A DNA stretch of 64,000 bases from Raillietiella orientalis (taxonomy: Eukaryota): positions 4,588,001-4,652,000 of the forward strand of contig JAYWIR010000001.1 of NCBI GenBank assembly GCA_036172245.1, read 5' to 3'. Below the pieces are notes generated by a model. It searched no databases, was not told where the DNA came from, and saw only the letters and a list, made by a program, of their open reading frames with translations. Below are positions 24,714 to 38,811 of the stretch, piece after piece (position 1 is the stretch's first letter; each line of letters opens with the position of its first letter). The position numbers were made by a program, and so were the translations under genes.

Positions 24714-27700
24714 ATTTTATGCCACAACAGTTCTAGGAAACCTAAGGCAAGTAGTGCAGCAGCAAGGAACCACTTCTTCCGGCATGCGGAATCACATATG
24801 TAACGAATACCAAATTCACAAAAATAAAAAAAATTAAATCATAACTCGAAATACTTTGAATAAAATAAATTCAAGTAGTTTCAATGTTATCACAATAAAT
24901 GATTATAAAACCTGATTTTTTTAAGAATTTTTCACTTTAATCAATTTATTAACAATATTTTCGAGTTTTCTCCTCTATAAACTTTTATGTGACTGGTTAC
25001 GTTTAGGCAAAAGAAAAGTTTTATATCAAAAGGAATAAACAAATAAAGACTCAGCATTTCATATAACCAAATTTAGTCACCAATAATAACTACTATAATA
25101 TTTTTTATCTTCCACCCATATCTCGTAAGCATCAAGAATCTACCCGAATATAAAAAATGAAATTTGCTTACGTGGAGGACTTTGTGCCCTAATTCAAGTT
25201 TTTGTATCATCAGAGATAGACTGGTACTTTAGGTTCAGATTTTGCCTTTAGGCATTAAACTTCTGAACATGATATGACATTGTATGAAAGATTTTTTTTG
25301 TTCTAGATATTTAGGTTTGCATAATACCGCTTAGGTATAAAGATTTTTTGTTATTGATTGGATCAAATTAGATTTTTGGGAAAACAAACTCCTACTAGGT
25401 CTCCTACTTGGACCTGTTAGGCAAAAAGGTCAAAGCATGAATGTGAATTCGTACGCATCAAACGTAAAGAATCTGAGAGGAAAATCTGGAATCATGATGC
25501 AAAGATCTAAGGATAGTGAACATCCAATATAGCATTCGAATAAAACTATAAACTATTAAAAAGGTAAATAAAAAAGTAAGGGTGAATAATCAAGGATAAA
25601 TAAATGAAATCAAACACGAATCCTTGTCATTCGCTATTTATCATTTTAAATCACCATTTGTCTTTACCAGAAAATGTGCATAAATGAAATATAAATTAAC
25701 ATGCACAAACGTATTTGAATCAGTACAATGAGAAATTTGAATGACCTTCATTTTTAAAAGAGTTTTAAAGGTTTAAATTTAAAAAAGATTTAGAGGAATA
25801 AGTATCACCTCTTGATATATTTTCTAAATTACTGTCCAAAATTAAGAAAGTTGAATGTCTCATACTGTGCAATTTCAGTTACATAAGTCAGAGTAGTTGT
25901 AACTCTCGAGTAATTTTCTGCACTCTCATAGCCAATTTTGAAGATCAAATTCTCGGTACTGTTGAGCATAGAACGTGCTCGAACCTTAAAAGTGTAAACA
26001 TTAATTGGAGGATACAATTGGAGATCACAACAAGGAAAAGCATGAAAGAAAAAGCCAGACGACTGAGCGCGACGTTACTTAGTCTAGAGAAGTAACGTAG
26101 AACAGATTCTAACAGTAAGCATTAGGACCATAAGGTTGATAACCTATCATAAAAAGAGTAGTCTAGCTAGAAATGTTTCGAAACCTTAATGACCTTCAAA
26201 GATTGATGTAATGAACAAATTTAATGATGGCAGAAAAATTCTACGAAGAAATGCAATCTTTAATTCTGTTATTAGTAAGCTTAAAAGCACTAATACACAA
26301 GATTAAAAACACAGTAGACAAAGTCTTGTTTATTGAGATAGCGACATAATTTCTCATTTTGGCATGATGGAATTTCCAAGATTTATGCAATCACTCATCT
26401 TTTAAAATATGAATCATGAATTTTTAAAATTTGTTATGGTTTATCACATTCTTAAAATTTGCTCATTGTATTTCAAGAATTTTCTCTTTACAGCAATCCT
26501 ATAAATTCTAACAAGTTGATCTCAAGAAATTTCTTCTCAAGGCACTGAATGATTTGTCACCAAAAGTGGTAATTTATTAGATCATTAAAATCAAAAGGTT
26601 TAAAATAAAATCTTTTAACACTAATCTCCCATATCAGGGAAGTTTATGGTTTATATGGTTTGGTCATTCTCAAAATTTAAATATTTTTCTGTTTTTAACC
26701 TTTTTTAGTATTTCTATTTAAGTTTACTATGATACGAATACTATTTTTCAGTATACCGTACCAACTGTTTTCTTTTTTTCTAGCTCGTTCTGGTTTTAAG
26801 CGACCACATTCATAGGTCTATGAATTCCCGAGATCAGTTAAACATTAAATCAGTGAGACAAGAAAACTTGCTCAGATTCAATGCTATTCAATGCAGACAA
26901 TTAGACTCAGGATTACATGTAGTTACTTAAGTGAAGCATGAGTTTCATAGTAGCCGGTTTACACAAAACAACAACAATTTTTACAAACCATCAGTGAATA
27001 AGATCATCATTATTTTTCAGTGGATATTAAAAAAAATTGATGTAACAACGAAGTCAACATTTGATTTCGGCGGCACTCACAATTCTAATCAGAATTTTTA
27101 CTTACTGAGACAAATACAATGATTCGTATTTTTACATATCCCATTAACTTTATGGCAGAACAGAATGAAATACTTCAGAACATCAAACACACAGAGTTGT
27201 AGTCAGTATATTATTTTAATCTGTTTCACTGAATTACATAATCGTTTTTTTGTATTATGGAATTCAAATCAACTAATAGTGCATTAAGAACCATTGATGT
27301 GTTCATGCATTCATTCAGTTAATGTTTAAATTACACAAATAATTGATAAATGTTGTAATTATGAAGGAATTCAAAAGTATTACAGCAATAGTCCTCATGA
27401 AGCCAGAAAGAAATTGATGAATGCACATAGACTGTCCACAGAAATGTAAAATTAATTCTAGCTTGTAAATGACCGTTTGCCATCATCAAGGACTAGCTTA
27501 TATTAATTTAACTCAGATAGAATTTCAGAAAAAAAATTCTCCACTTGTATGAAAAACATCTTTATTTGTACTGACAAATATGTAATTCAAATGATATGAA
27601 TTTTGTGAATTTGAATATTAAAATTCATTCCGGTTAATCATGAGCTAGAGATATCAAAAAACGTTTTGGAAGTGAATTTTAAAGGATTTGATGTCAATAT

Positions 27701-29867
27701 AAGACATCAAATTATGGCTTTGCTTCAAATTCTCGAAATAAAGATAAAGAAATTTTGGAAATTATTAATAAAATTCTACCTCCAACACTCCTAAAACAAT
27801 TGCAGCTTCTTCATAATCCCCATACACAAGTCTAATTCCAAATTAAATCAAATTTCGTTGATTAGACTCAAAGTAGCTGAAAGATTTAAAAATTTGAAGT
27901 TTCGTTACTTAATGAAAACATAAAATGGAAAAATGATTGAAAATTGCGCTAAATGAATGTTTCATTTTGTTTTACTTGTTTACACAATCAAAAGACTCAA
28001 TTAGCTATAAATGAGAGCATGAAAAGGGAAATAAAAAGAAAGAAAATTGAAAGGAAACATTATTCAATCATAAGAAGGAAAAGTTTCAATAAAAAAATGT
28101 GGCAGATAAAAAATTATCCTAAAGACAGACAAAAAAATTTGATTAATTGCACAATGCCAATGAGAATGTATTATTATATGGAGAGGATGGAAATTTCATT
28201 ATGAAGATCACTACTGCAATTAATTTGTATGTCAAAAATTGAATGAATGCTCGCGTACCACCACTATGTATTCGCAAATTATTTCGAAAACGTGCGTTCC
28301 CTTTTAGGCATAATATGGCACACAAATAGATCGAGAAAAGAAAACAAAAATATCAGAGATTGTTTTGCAAGACTCTGGTCCTAATTTTTCATAATACTAT
28401 AATTGGTCTTAGAGCAGCATTACTGATTCTTGATTTCCAATAGATTCTGACTGCAAACGCCAAGAAAATCAACAGAAAAATATAAAATAATGTATGCCAA
28501 TTTGGAAGACATGAATAATATGCTCTTATTTCTCCCATTATATCTAATATATAGATGGTTCATATATAGAATATCTGGTGTTTAGAATAAGCTCTGCATT
28601 CTCAGTCAGTCACAGTAAGTCGTATTCTAGATCAGAGTTACTTATTTTATTAACCCAATTAATTATTAACCTTTATGTAATCAAATCACTTCGATTAATA
28701 TAAACAATCAGTCAGCTCAAATGCAGTTAAAATATGGTTCATTAATACTCTGTCTTAACATTAGACAATATGTTAATCCCTGTGTTGAATAAAACTTATT
28801 ATTCATCGTGCTTTCACTTATATTAATCTTTATTTAATTATTCCCTTCTTTTTTGAAAGGAAAAGATACATGAGTCATTCAGAAAGTTTGCATTAGTACG
28901 AAAACCAAATCCAAAACGACGGAAATTTTCTTCTGCGCCATTTTTAACAGAGAAGTTTCGGCTTCAAGTATGAAGATACTACACATCATTTAGATTCATT
29001 AAAAAAATTGTGTTAGATTTGGGCATATTTGTTTTTTACCATAAAATTCTTTCTTATCAATACTCACGAGAATACATAGAAAAACACACACACAAAAAAA
29101 CATTGCCATAGCTAGAAACTAAAAGGATGAGAAATACTAGAACAATTGAGAAGAATTAAAATTGGATGCAAAAACTTCAGAAAAATAGGATAAAACAAGT
29201 TAGTTCAAGATTTTTTGCTAGTGTTAAAGTTATATGCAAGAATGTAAATTAGCAACACAAGAAGAGGCAGATGTAACGAGTTAAGGCATCATATGAAGTA
29301 ACGAACACATCAACTTGTTATTCAATCCAATTCAGTTATTTGAGCAGTAATAAATTCAAAAATAAATTGAATCAGGAGAATTAAATTTGATATTATTTTC
29401 CATTGTGAATAGTGTCTTTTAAAAGATTCAAACTCAGTTTCGTCCCTCAGGGGAGTATGGAACAATTGGTAGGCTTGTGTTGTTTAAATTATGTTTCTGT
29501 ATTCACGTTCTAAATTCTCCGAAACTGCCGGTGCGCTTAAGCATGCGGTGTGCGTTTGTCGGTAGTGTTTGTAAATTTCTCATTCATTCGTTTACAGGTT
29601 TTGCAGAATAATCATTTCATATATAATTAGTCAACATCTGAGTCTGTATCAGTGCTAATTATCGGTATGTAAGATAACACAGAGTGCATTCTTCTATCCG
29701 GATGCGTTAATTTTGCAAGCATCTAATTTTGAATGTGCATTAATTGAGTACCATTCATGAAGTCTTAATGAAGGACATGTACGCATGTTTAGTCTGAGTG
29801 GAGTTTGTTACTGGCAGCATTAAATCAAGACATTAAGAAATGGTTAATATTGACGTAGTTTCAAAGC

Positions 29868-32470
29868 ATGCAACAGCATCCACTTGTTAATTTGCAAAAT
29901 CAGTCACAAATTAGTTCAACTGGACAACAACAGATTCCACCAGCTCAAGTGCAGTCTTCTCAACCTATTCAGTCTCAGCCATCAACTTCTCAAAATCAAC
30001 AACCAGTGCAAGATTCGAAAGCAGATCCTGTATTTAAAATCAAGAGTCTGATTTGGCCTTTAAAAGAAACTATTACAGTAAGTTAGAAAATGAATAATAA
30101 ATCTACAGTAATTTTCAAAGCAAATCTTTGAAACTTAGTGCATTCACAGTAACAATACGAGTGAATTGCTGCTGGTATACGTGTTAGTCCATTCTCACTT
30201 CAGAAATAGCTTTTCCTTTAAGGTAGTCCTATTGAATAGCATTATCGTTGACATGATCAAATGACAGAGATCGATACGTATTTCACCCGACTATTGTATC
30301 AAATCAATGTGTGAAATTTGTTTACTCATTTTGTAAAATTAGAGGTTACACAATTTTGTTTTGTGTTATACTAAGCAGTATTTTAGACCATTCTACAGGT
30401 GAATGAATACTTTCTGAATTGATAAAAGCAATGTGTGCATTCTAAATTATACACGGATTCTATTGTGTTCGTTTGTATTTTCATGTATTTGTCTTGAAAT
30501 TCTTGAATTTCATTTCTGAAGTCTTGGATGCAAATGTTTTTGAATTGTACTTAAATGATATATCCTTGAAAGTATATTTCTAGATAATCCTCCCCCAAAA
30601 TGGCATGTAAAGAATTACCTGGTTTTCAACAACCTGTTGATCGAAGTTTTGATTAGTTTTTTCACATTCCAAAACTGTTCTGTGGTCACTGAAGGAATTT
30701 CTTAGTTGTCAGCATCAGAATTCTTTGTAGACTACGGAAGTATATGTTTGAACTAAATCAAGAATATGTTTTAAGTACTTCTTTTTAATTTTAAGTTTAA
30801 TTTCTATGATGGATGAGATGAGATGAGATGACTAAGCATTGCATCATTTAATGATAAAACCATTCAATAAAACCTTTAATAAAAGTAATAAGTCATTTAG
30901 TAAAATCATTTAATGATGGTTTTATTGAATTTTTCAAGAGAACTCTCCTGAACTCTCTTGCCCAAGAGAACTCTCTTGAGAATTCAGTAAAGACCATCAT
31001 TAAATGGTTTTACTGAGTGACTTGTTGCTTTTATTAAAGGTTTTATTGCTTGGTTTTATCATTAAATGACTGAATGCTTAGTCATCTCATTTAACAATTG
31101 TACAGATTTCTTAAAAGCACTTCAATAAAAATTTCAAAGCATGTTGGAAAAATGTTTAAATTTCAGAATTGTAATTCAAATTTCAGGCTAATCCTAGAAT
31201 ATTCAGGTGAATCCTTGATATTCTTTTATTTGTGGTCTTACTGTTGTTTTGTATAGTTATCCAATTCGTTATGAAAGTATCAGTTATTTTCTCTAGTTAT
31301 TAAGATGTATGTTGAAAAGAAGAAATGAAGAAAAAGCTTTTGCTAAGATTTGGTAGCCTTACAATGCATTCAGTTTACAGTGTGCAAAGTGATGTATTGG
31401 AATAAATGGAGGATGAGGTGCAATTCATGATGTGATTGTTTTTTTTTTTTTTTTCCATTTGGGCTGGAAGTTGTAGTTTTACTTTAAAAATGTGAGAATG
31501 TTCTGGGATTACTTTTAAAGCTAATTGGTATTGTCAATTTGGATAACCCATGCATTGTGTAAAGTGGTTCAAAGTAAAGTACAACATCTTTTGTGATTTA
31601 AATTAATATTTAAAACCTTTTTCTAGGGTTTGCCTTAAATTAGATTGATGCGCTTTACAACTATAGAGGGAAAACTTTTCTGTCATTTAAAATAACCATT
31701 ACATGTGTAAGGAAATACTCTTAATTAAGGACTTTGCCTGCAATATTTTGACATGTGCTAGGCAAATGGTTGAGTAGACATCATATTGTTTTATCTATCA
31801 AGAAATCAGACATATCTTGTTCTTGAATTCATATAAAACAGTATTTTTTTAATAAAGTAAAAATGAAATAAGGAGATGAAATTATTGAACTTCATAAATT
31901 TTGTATAGATGTTATTCATTTCTGCTTATTATTGCAGTCCACATTTCGTTTGGCAGCCCAAAACCTATGTGTGAATGGTGCCATTGATGTTGGTACTTGG
32001 TGAGTTATCCTCTGTTTATTTAAATAATTCCTGTTAATAAGGAAGGGAAGTGACCAGCCCATTGCACGATTTGATAAGAGTTTAGAAGATTTTTGTGTTT
32101 ACTGTGATCAAATAGAGTTTCTCTTAGTAAGAGTACTTTTATGTGTAAATTCTCATTCATAATAAATATGACAGAGAACTGCTTTGGAAGTACAGACTCA
32201 GGGTATTCATAGCCAACGGTCTACACAACTGCCAGTAGCCCCTCAGAAAACTGAAGCATCAGTTGGTACTACACAAGCTCCTCAAGAGCCTTCTTTGAGC
32301 TGTATGCAGTATATGGCTTTAGTGCACTCGCAGGTGAATCAGCTATTTATGACATTATTTTTATTTTGTTCATTGGAATAGCATATTTTCATTGTATTTA
32401 GGTTGGTTATGTACGTGAGATACAAAATTCCTTAATTGAAGTAGCCCACGACATTAATCCAGAACAATAA
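29868..32470 (+). CDS. MED29: Mediator subunit 29 (intersex homolog), 5 coding exons
   Basis: Exons 29868-30077, 31938-31999, 32042-32126, 32175-32333 and 32402-32470. Q/P-rich N-terminus, then DPVFKIKSLIWPLKET...AAQNL...IDVG...ARFDKSLEDFCVYCDQIEFLLRTALE...LSCMQYMALVHSQVGYVREIQNSL, matching the Med29/Ix domain. The start codon is less certain. Confidence 0.92.
30823..31090 (+). repeat. Long inverted repeat (~115-bp arms, ~30-nt spacer) in MED29 intron 1
   Basis: Left arm 30823-30940 (atgagatgactaagcatt...ttcaagag) is the reverse complement of right arm 30973-31090, apart from ~7 substitutions, two small internal loops and two 1-nt bulges. Confidence 0.95.
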
Positions 32471-32475
32471 AGGAC

Positions 32476-32991
32476 ATGAGTGTGAATAAATGTACTTCTG
32501 AATCTGCAGAACCCCTAATAGAACAGTCTTGGCTTGATAGTCATTTGTTGGCATGTGTAGATAATGATATCTCTGATCTCAGCATCCAACAACAAATTGA
32601 ACAACGTCTACAAGGCAAACAATGGAAGGACTATCTTAAGAAGTATAGTTGCAGTGATTGTGATGATTCTCAAGCAGTGCAGCTGACCAAGCTAAGAGTT
32701 GTGAGACATCGTATTCGTAATCACATGTTGTCCCCCCCTTATCAATGTGAATTTTGCTCTGAGGAGTTTCCCAACAAACCTGGTCTGCAACGCCATGTAA
32801 AATACCATGTGGAGCAAGCGAATTTTGCTTGCAGTATATGTGGTCAGACCTTTAATAAAGGGAATCTGGCCAAACAGCATATCATCAGCCACCTTTTGGG
32901 AAAACTGTCTTGTTCGTGCAGCTTCAGTACACGTTCCGAGTTTCATTTCCATCAAGGAGGCAAGATCTATCGTTATCGGGTGTGTCTGTAG
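32476..32991 (+). CDS. C2H2 zinc-finger protein (171 aa, 3 fingers plus a partial fourth), single ORF
   Basis: CSDC...HRIRNH, YQCEFCSEEFPNKPGLQRHVKYH, FACSICGQTFNKGNLAKQHIISH, then CSCSFSTRSEFHFH. A 516-nt open frame in AT-rich DNA. Confidence 0.8.
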   Translation: MSVNKCTSESAEPLIEQSWLDSHLLACVDNDISDLSIQQQIEQRLQGKQWKDYLKKYSCSDCDDSQAVQLTKLRVVRHRIRNHMLSPPYQCEFCSEEFPNKPGLQRHVKYHVEQANFACSICGQTFNKGNLAKQHIISHLLGKLSCSCSFSTRSEFHFHQGGKIYRYRVCL

Positions 32992-35900
32992 TGAACCATG
33001 TGAAACTTGCCCATCTTGTCATAAGAAACTGTTATTTTCATTATGAAATTCAGTGTTTTTCCATGTGAAAACTGCTGAGAAAGATTATTTTCTTATTGCA
33101 TTTTGGTTTTCAAATTCTTATTGCAAGTTGTTAATTGACTATTTGGTTTAAACCCTTTTTAGATTAAAGGTATATTGGGGTAGATACCCACCATTAAGAA
33201 CAGTGGACACAGAACCTGAAAATAAATTTAGTTGTCTAGACAGGAATATGATCTGTGATGTGATCCACGCCAGTTTACTTTGACTTCTGCTAGATATCGA
33301 ATCCTTGAGGTTGCTGAGTCATCTGTCTTAGTGGCACCCCTCATACTTGACAGGGAAATTTCTAATGCTGTTGATAAGCTGAATACGCCATGATCAGTCT
33401 GTTAACTAGACATCAAACAGAATTTGTTCTATGGGCTATTATAAAAAGTAAAGGTTTACTTACTAACGACATGCTAGCAAAGTATGGAATCGGTGTGACT
33501 TGACAGTTCTTTTCAATGGGACTGTGGATGGAAAACCTTGGACTGTGTCACCAGTGAGATTGCCGAATCTGTCAGGAAGCTTGTCTTCTTGGACCAGTTT
33601 GGGAAAGTCACTTCAGTTTTGATGAAGAATATAGCCATTAAGTGCTCACTTATAACTGGGAAGATTTGCTGATGGCAGGCACTGATGAAGAAAGGTGCAA
33701 CCCCCTAGAATGGAAAGGAAGACGAAAGAAACGTGGATTTGGAAGAGTTTTTTTCTGTATCAACAGCACCGACTGCTGGGACTGGCACTACTGAAATGTG
33801 CATAGTGCTTACTGTTTGGTCGCAATGCACGTTCTTCCTAAGCGTAGTGTGGAGCGATTCCGGTGCATACCCTCACAGGAGTTGAGGACATGTCAGTTGG
33901 CAAAACCGACACAAAGAATTCACGAGGTCTTTGTGAATCCGTCAAGACTGTGAATTTGGTAGCATCGATGTGCCAGCGATAGAAATGTGTACTCTCGTGA
34001 GCGAGGAGTGAATTGAGAAAATGCGTAATCGGGGTTATTCCGAGTTTCTCAGTATCAGGATTTCCATAGAGCAATCGAATACCACCGAAGAATTGGAACT
34101 TTGCAGATTGGGAGTAACGAAAGGAGAGTACTAGTATTCCATAATGTGAGGTGCATCAAGATCTCCCAGGCGACGTGTGTGTTACCGCACACCGAGTCCT
34201 CTTTCGACCTTTCCCGAAGCTCAGTGTCATCCGGTGCAAGTTGCTGGCAAGGAAGGCATCGACCTACAGAAGTTTGTGCAAGAGAAATATCATCGTTCAT
34301 GCTTGCTAGCGTAAAACTGCAGAAGAATAAAGCTCAAGGACGTCGAGAGTGCGAAAAATATGCGACAGAAGCTGAAGGTATCTTTAGAACAATTGAATAT
34401 GTGATATGATTTGTCAAAGAAGCCAAAGGAGGAGGAATAATGTATATTCCAAGTTGGTTCAACTTGAACCATTGCATCTGTGACGATATTGCTCCACTTC
34501 GTAAGTCGGATTTATCATTGGCGGCGCCGCTGTGGAGTCGGTGGACCCGACCAGCCCACCAAGATACGGAAAGAGGGAAACCAGCACGAAAGCAGTTCAC
34601 TGGGAAGGACAGCATGGTGGACCGAGAGCATCGCAAGCAGCAGCGGTGTCACCAGAGGTTTGCTAAAGGCGCATTTGTGCGTCTCGGTTGCGTCACGACC
34701 GGGTCCTGCTCTGGTGATCTCCTAGTAACGAACCACGTGAAACCTTGCCCACCTTGCCATGATAGGAAAACGCATGTTTAATAGCAGTGTTTGTTTCTTA
34801 GTGTGAAGTTCGGTGTTTGCCCACTGGGAACCTGCTGTGAAAAATATTCTCCCATTGCAACTTATGTGATCTTGATTTCATTCTTTTTGCTTGGTCTTCG
34901 TAACCGAGCGAAGTTTTGAAAACGAAGTTCTTTTCAGTTTTGTACCAGCGGAAATCTCCATCAATCTGTTTTCACGTGATCGAGCCGTGCACTACATTTG
35001 CAGATGTATTCGATGCAGGACCTTGCTCCCCATCCGTGGATTAAGGAATTAAAAAGGACAAACTGTGCCAATTTAAGGAGCCATGGCATGGGAAATTCAG
35101 TGCCATTCCTGACAAACAGTCAGCCTTAAAAATAACACCACGGACCATTTGAAACAAGGAAACGTGGTCGTTACAGAAATTTTCTGTACAGATATTTTCA
35201 GGATCTCAAAGAAGAGAAGCGAGTCCAGTAGAAAATATAATAACATAACATCTTTACAATAACGGAATAATTTTCAAGGCGTACCGAAACATTTGCTGTC
35301 ATGTGGTCAAACAACGCACGTGCTCAACCCTTTCAGTGCTTTATTTTTCATTTACTTTAAGAAGTATAGTTTAGTGCTTTCCTCCACATACGCAAATGGG
35401 AAAAGACATTGATTTCTAAAACTTCGGTTTTTACTTTTGAGAAGCGCGAACTCGCATCCGTGTGTGGTGGCAATCGTGCAATTGAGTCTGGCATATGTAT
35501 TTCGTGTGCACGAGGCATCCAAAAAATACTGAAGAACGTTTTTTTCTCAATCGCTCGTAAAACCTTTTGGAGATGCAAATACCTTGTGTGAATCCACAAT
35601 GAGAACTGTGGTGCACACTTGCATCATAGCCTCATCTGATAAAAACTGACGTGCTTGACCGCACCTAACGCTGTAAAAAATCCACATTTAGGAAAACTCA
35701 AACTTCAACCGCATGAGGATATATATCCTTAGGATTGAGATTGCATACACTGGTTGTCTTGGTAAGGGAAATTGTCGAGGAAGCGAAATCATGTCAATCT
35801 TAGCTTGCATTCAAGCCAAAAGAAATGTACAACCCAGTGAATATCCAGGATGCTGGAGAAGGTATCCAGTTAATGGGAGAAAGGTGAAACTAATGAGAAT

Positions 35901-38811
35901 GAAATTACTGATTCGAAACCTTCCAGGTTCGTCGTGAACAGATGTTTAATAAGTTATTAGCGAATCTCAGCATTTATAAAGAAAACATTGCAAATAAAAA
36001 TAGGCAGAAAAAAAAGTGCTTTGAAGAGGAAACTACTGTTGAGAGAGGAAACGATACGGTTTCTTTTCCATCTCTGCTTCAAATTCCATAGTAAACAAAA
36101 GTCAGCTGAGATTTATATGTGTGTCGTCTTGGCCACATGTATTCTAAGAATATGAGAGAACTGACATGAGGAAAACGAAAATATTCTGCTCTCATTGTCG
36201 AATTTATTTGTAATACTTTTTCTACATAAATTATGAAGAACGTCAGTTACTGGCAACTAGTTTCGAAATGATTTGACAGGAATGTTACCTCTCGTAATTT
36301 GATTTCTCATGGTGTTACTCCAAGATGCCTCCTCCCCCCCTCTTATGTAGCCCTTTCAATAATTCAACGAAAAAATTAAAGACAAAACGGAAAAAGGAGA
36401 AAAAAAATAAAAATGAAAAAATATCTGAAGAGATCGAGAATAGCTACCAGAGATAAAAGGATTGGTGATAGATAGCATTATTCATTAATAATAAGTAATA
36501 GCAAAGTATAAACGGATATTATTCTAGAAAAAAGAAAGAGCAAATTACTATTACTTTATTTTGCAAAATATTCTTTTAATCAATTCAGCCATGACGTAGG
36601 AAATGATGCCTTTTCTCCAACAATTTTCAAGGGAAACGCTGAAAACAGATTCAGCAAAGCAAGGAATTCTCACAAAAAAAACGAAGGCATGTAATGTGAT
36701 CGCATTTGTGATTTCCTATTTCCTATTTTCCTTCACATCTAGAGAAGTAACCTTAATTCTTGAATACTTTTCTGTCAGAAATAAGCGAGGGATATGATAC
36801 TGATAAATAAGGCAGCAAATACAGGAAATTTTAGAAATTATGCATTTGTCTCCAGAAATATACCTAGAGCAATTTTAACAATGCTAAACTACTTTTGTTA
36901 TTTAGTCCAACTTTCTAGAAAAATACATTTCTACTATTGCAAGGATTCTCTCGACTGTTTTCCGGGGGATTTTTGTGATAAGTAATAGTCTTTTGTCAGA
37001 TTAGTATTTTAGCTAATGCACTTCCTTTGTTCAAGAGGGTCTATCTCGGGATTACATTCATAAGTACTAGTACCGTTTTTTTGTGCATCCAATGAAAATT
37101 CCAAAATCACCTCTATCAACTGAGCTTGCGATGCAAGCAAAGTTTGATTCTTGAATACCTTATTGACTCATTCATACTTTAGGATATTGTGGGAGTACAC
37201 AGAACATCAATTCCTTGATGCTGATTTTAGAACTCTGAAAATTTTACGGTTTCTAATATGCGTGCATTCTTTATCAAACCACAAAAACATATTTTAAAGT
37301 TGATTTTGATTCCAGTGTTTTTGGATTCTGCTCGTTATCTTAATGTTTCGGTGCTCATTTATTTCTCAGATTTTTTTCACTATTGTGTTGTGTTTTCTCT
37401 TTTAATATGCTTATTGAAACATAGCTCATTAGGTTAAATTACACAATTTACTTCTATACAAGTTACTGTCATAAATTACACCATTTGATTCTGTTCTACA
37501 GAAGTTACTGTCTCACTGAGCCTATTCCTTATCTGGTAAACAACAACTAAAAGTGTTCTGAAAGACAGGGCTAGGGAAAAATTATTTCATTAGCCTTTCA
37601 GACTCAATACAATCAAGGATTTCAGGTAACCAAGGCAATTATGAAACTAAGACCGCAGTGCCCTCAGTCAGCTCTAGGAGATCCGCCTTCTCGGGCGATG
37701 TCTCGGCGTTGCTTTCCTCGCCCACTGACTAGCTTTTCGCAAAGCCAAGGAAATTTTGGAAAAGGAAAAGCATACGAGGAAAATATTGTAAAGGAAGACG
37801 AAATCAACTTTGATTTGGCTTATGAATAAATAGAGACATCAGATTCTTTTTCTGAGGCTCAAAAACTAGCAAATTGTTATGCAAATCTGATTTCAGCAAG
37901 TCTTCGCAACAAAAGTTTGGTATCCCTGAATGGTTGACCGAGTCGCAGCTAAGAAGGATATTGTTTGTGTTCTTGGGATAAAACTAATACTCTCCTGCTG
38001 AATCGTAATTTACAGTAACTAATTAGAGGATCTATCAATTTTGAAGAATGCAATTCAGAGTACTGTTTTTCCATGAAAGGACATGCACGGTTGACCCCTA
38101 ATCCAGTGCGAGTGGTCTTCGCGAGTGCTCGGTTTAGCATGCGAAGAAAACACACAAAAAGGAAATCTTGTAACATTATAAATGTTCTTAGAAACTTTGG
38201 CATTGAATCTTCAAAGTATTTCGTCAGTGTTATGAGCACTTGAAGCTGATTCCGAAATATCAATTTGAACAATGAAAGTCAAAAAAATTACAGCCAAGTA
38301 ATATTACATACAATCAAATAAAGACACAGCAAGCCTTCGAGTTTCAAAAACAGTAGTTCCAAATTCGAGCAATTTCAATAGTTTCCTTCAAAGTGGGAAA
38401 AAATGAAGCTGCTAATGCTGCTATTTTCAGTGAGGGTCAGCAAGTTAACTTGATCGATCTTATACAGCTTCTTAAAACGATTCTAAAATATAAATATATG
38501 CAGATAATCTCTCGAAATGAAAAACTACCCACAATGGAGACAGTCAAGTATTCAGTATCTCTAAAAAAACAGTATCTCTATTGGCAGGTGGGTTCAGGTC
38601 AACTTTGCATGCAAACTTATCGAGCGACTGGCAAATACGGACAGAAAAATCACACACGAAGTGACGGTTGGAATGTATGCTTAACGTCAGAAATCACGTC
38701 GAACAGTCAGTCATGGTCACTACCACTTTTGCCTTACACATTGGTGTGTAAAATGAAGCTTAGTTCAACGCACACCAAGTCTGTAAAGGCAAACGAAAAA
38801 GAGCCCACCTC

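Noticed and set aside
26072-26113. 9-bp hairpin followed by CTAA, like a Helitron 3' end
   Set aside because: AT-rich stem, wrong flanking base and no other Helitron evidence.
33300-34780. Decayed transposase-like stretch (MYIPSWFNL...AP)
   Set aside because: Resemblance is too weak and fragmented to name a family.
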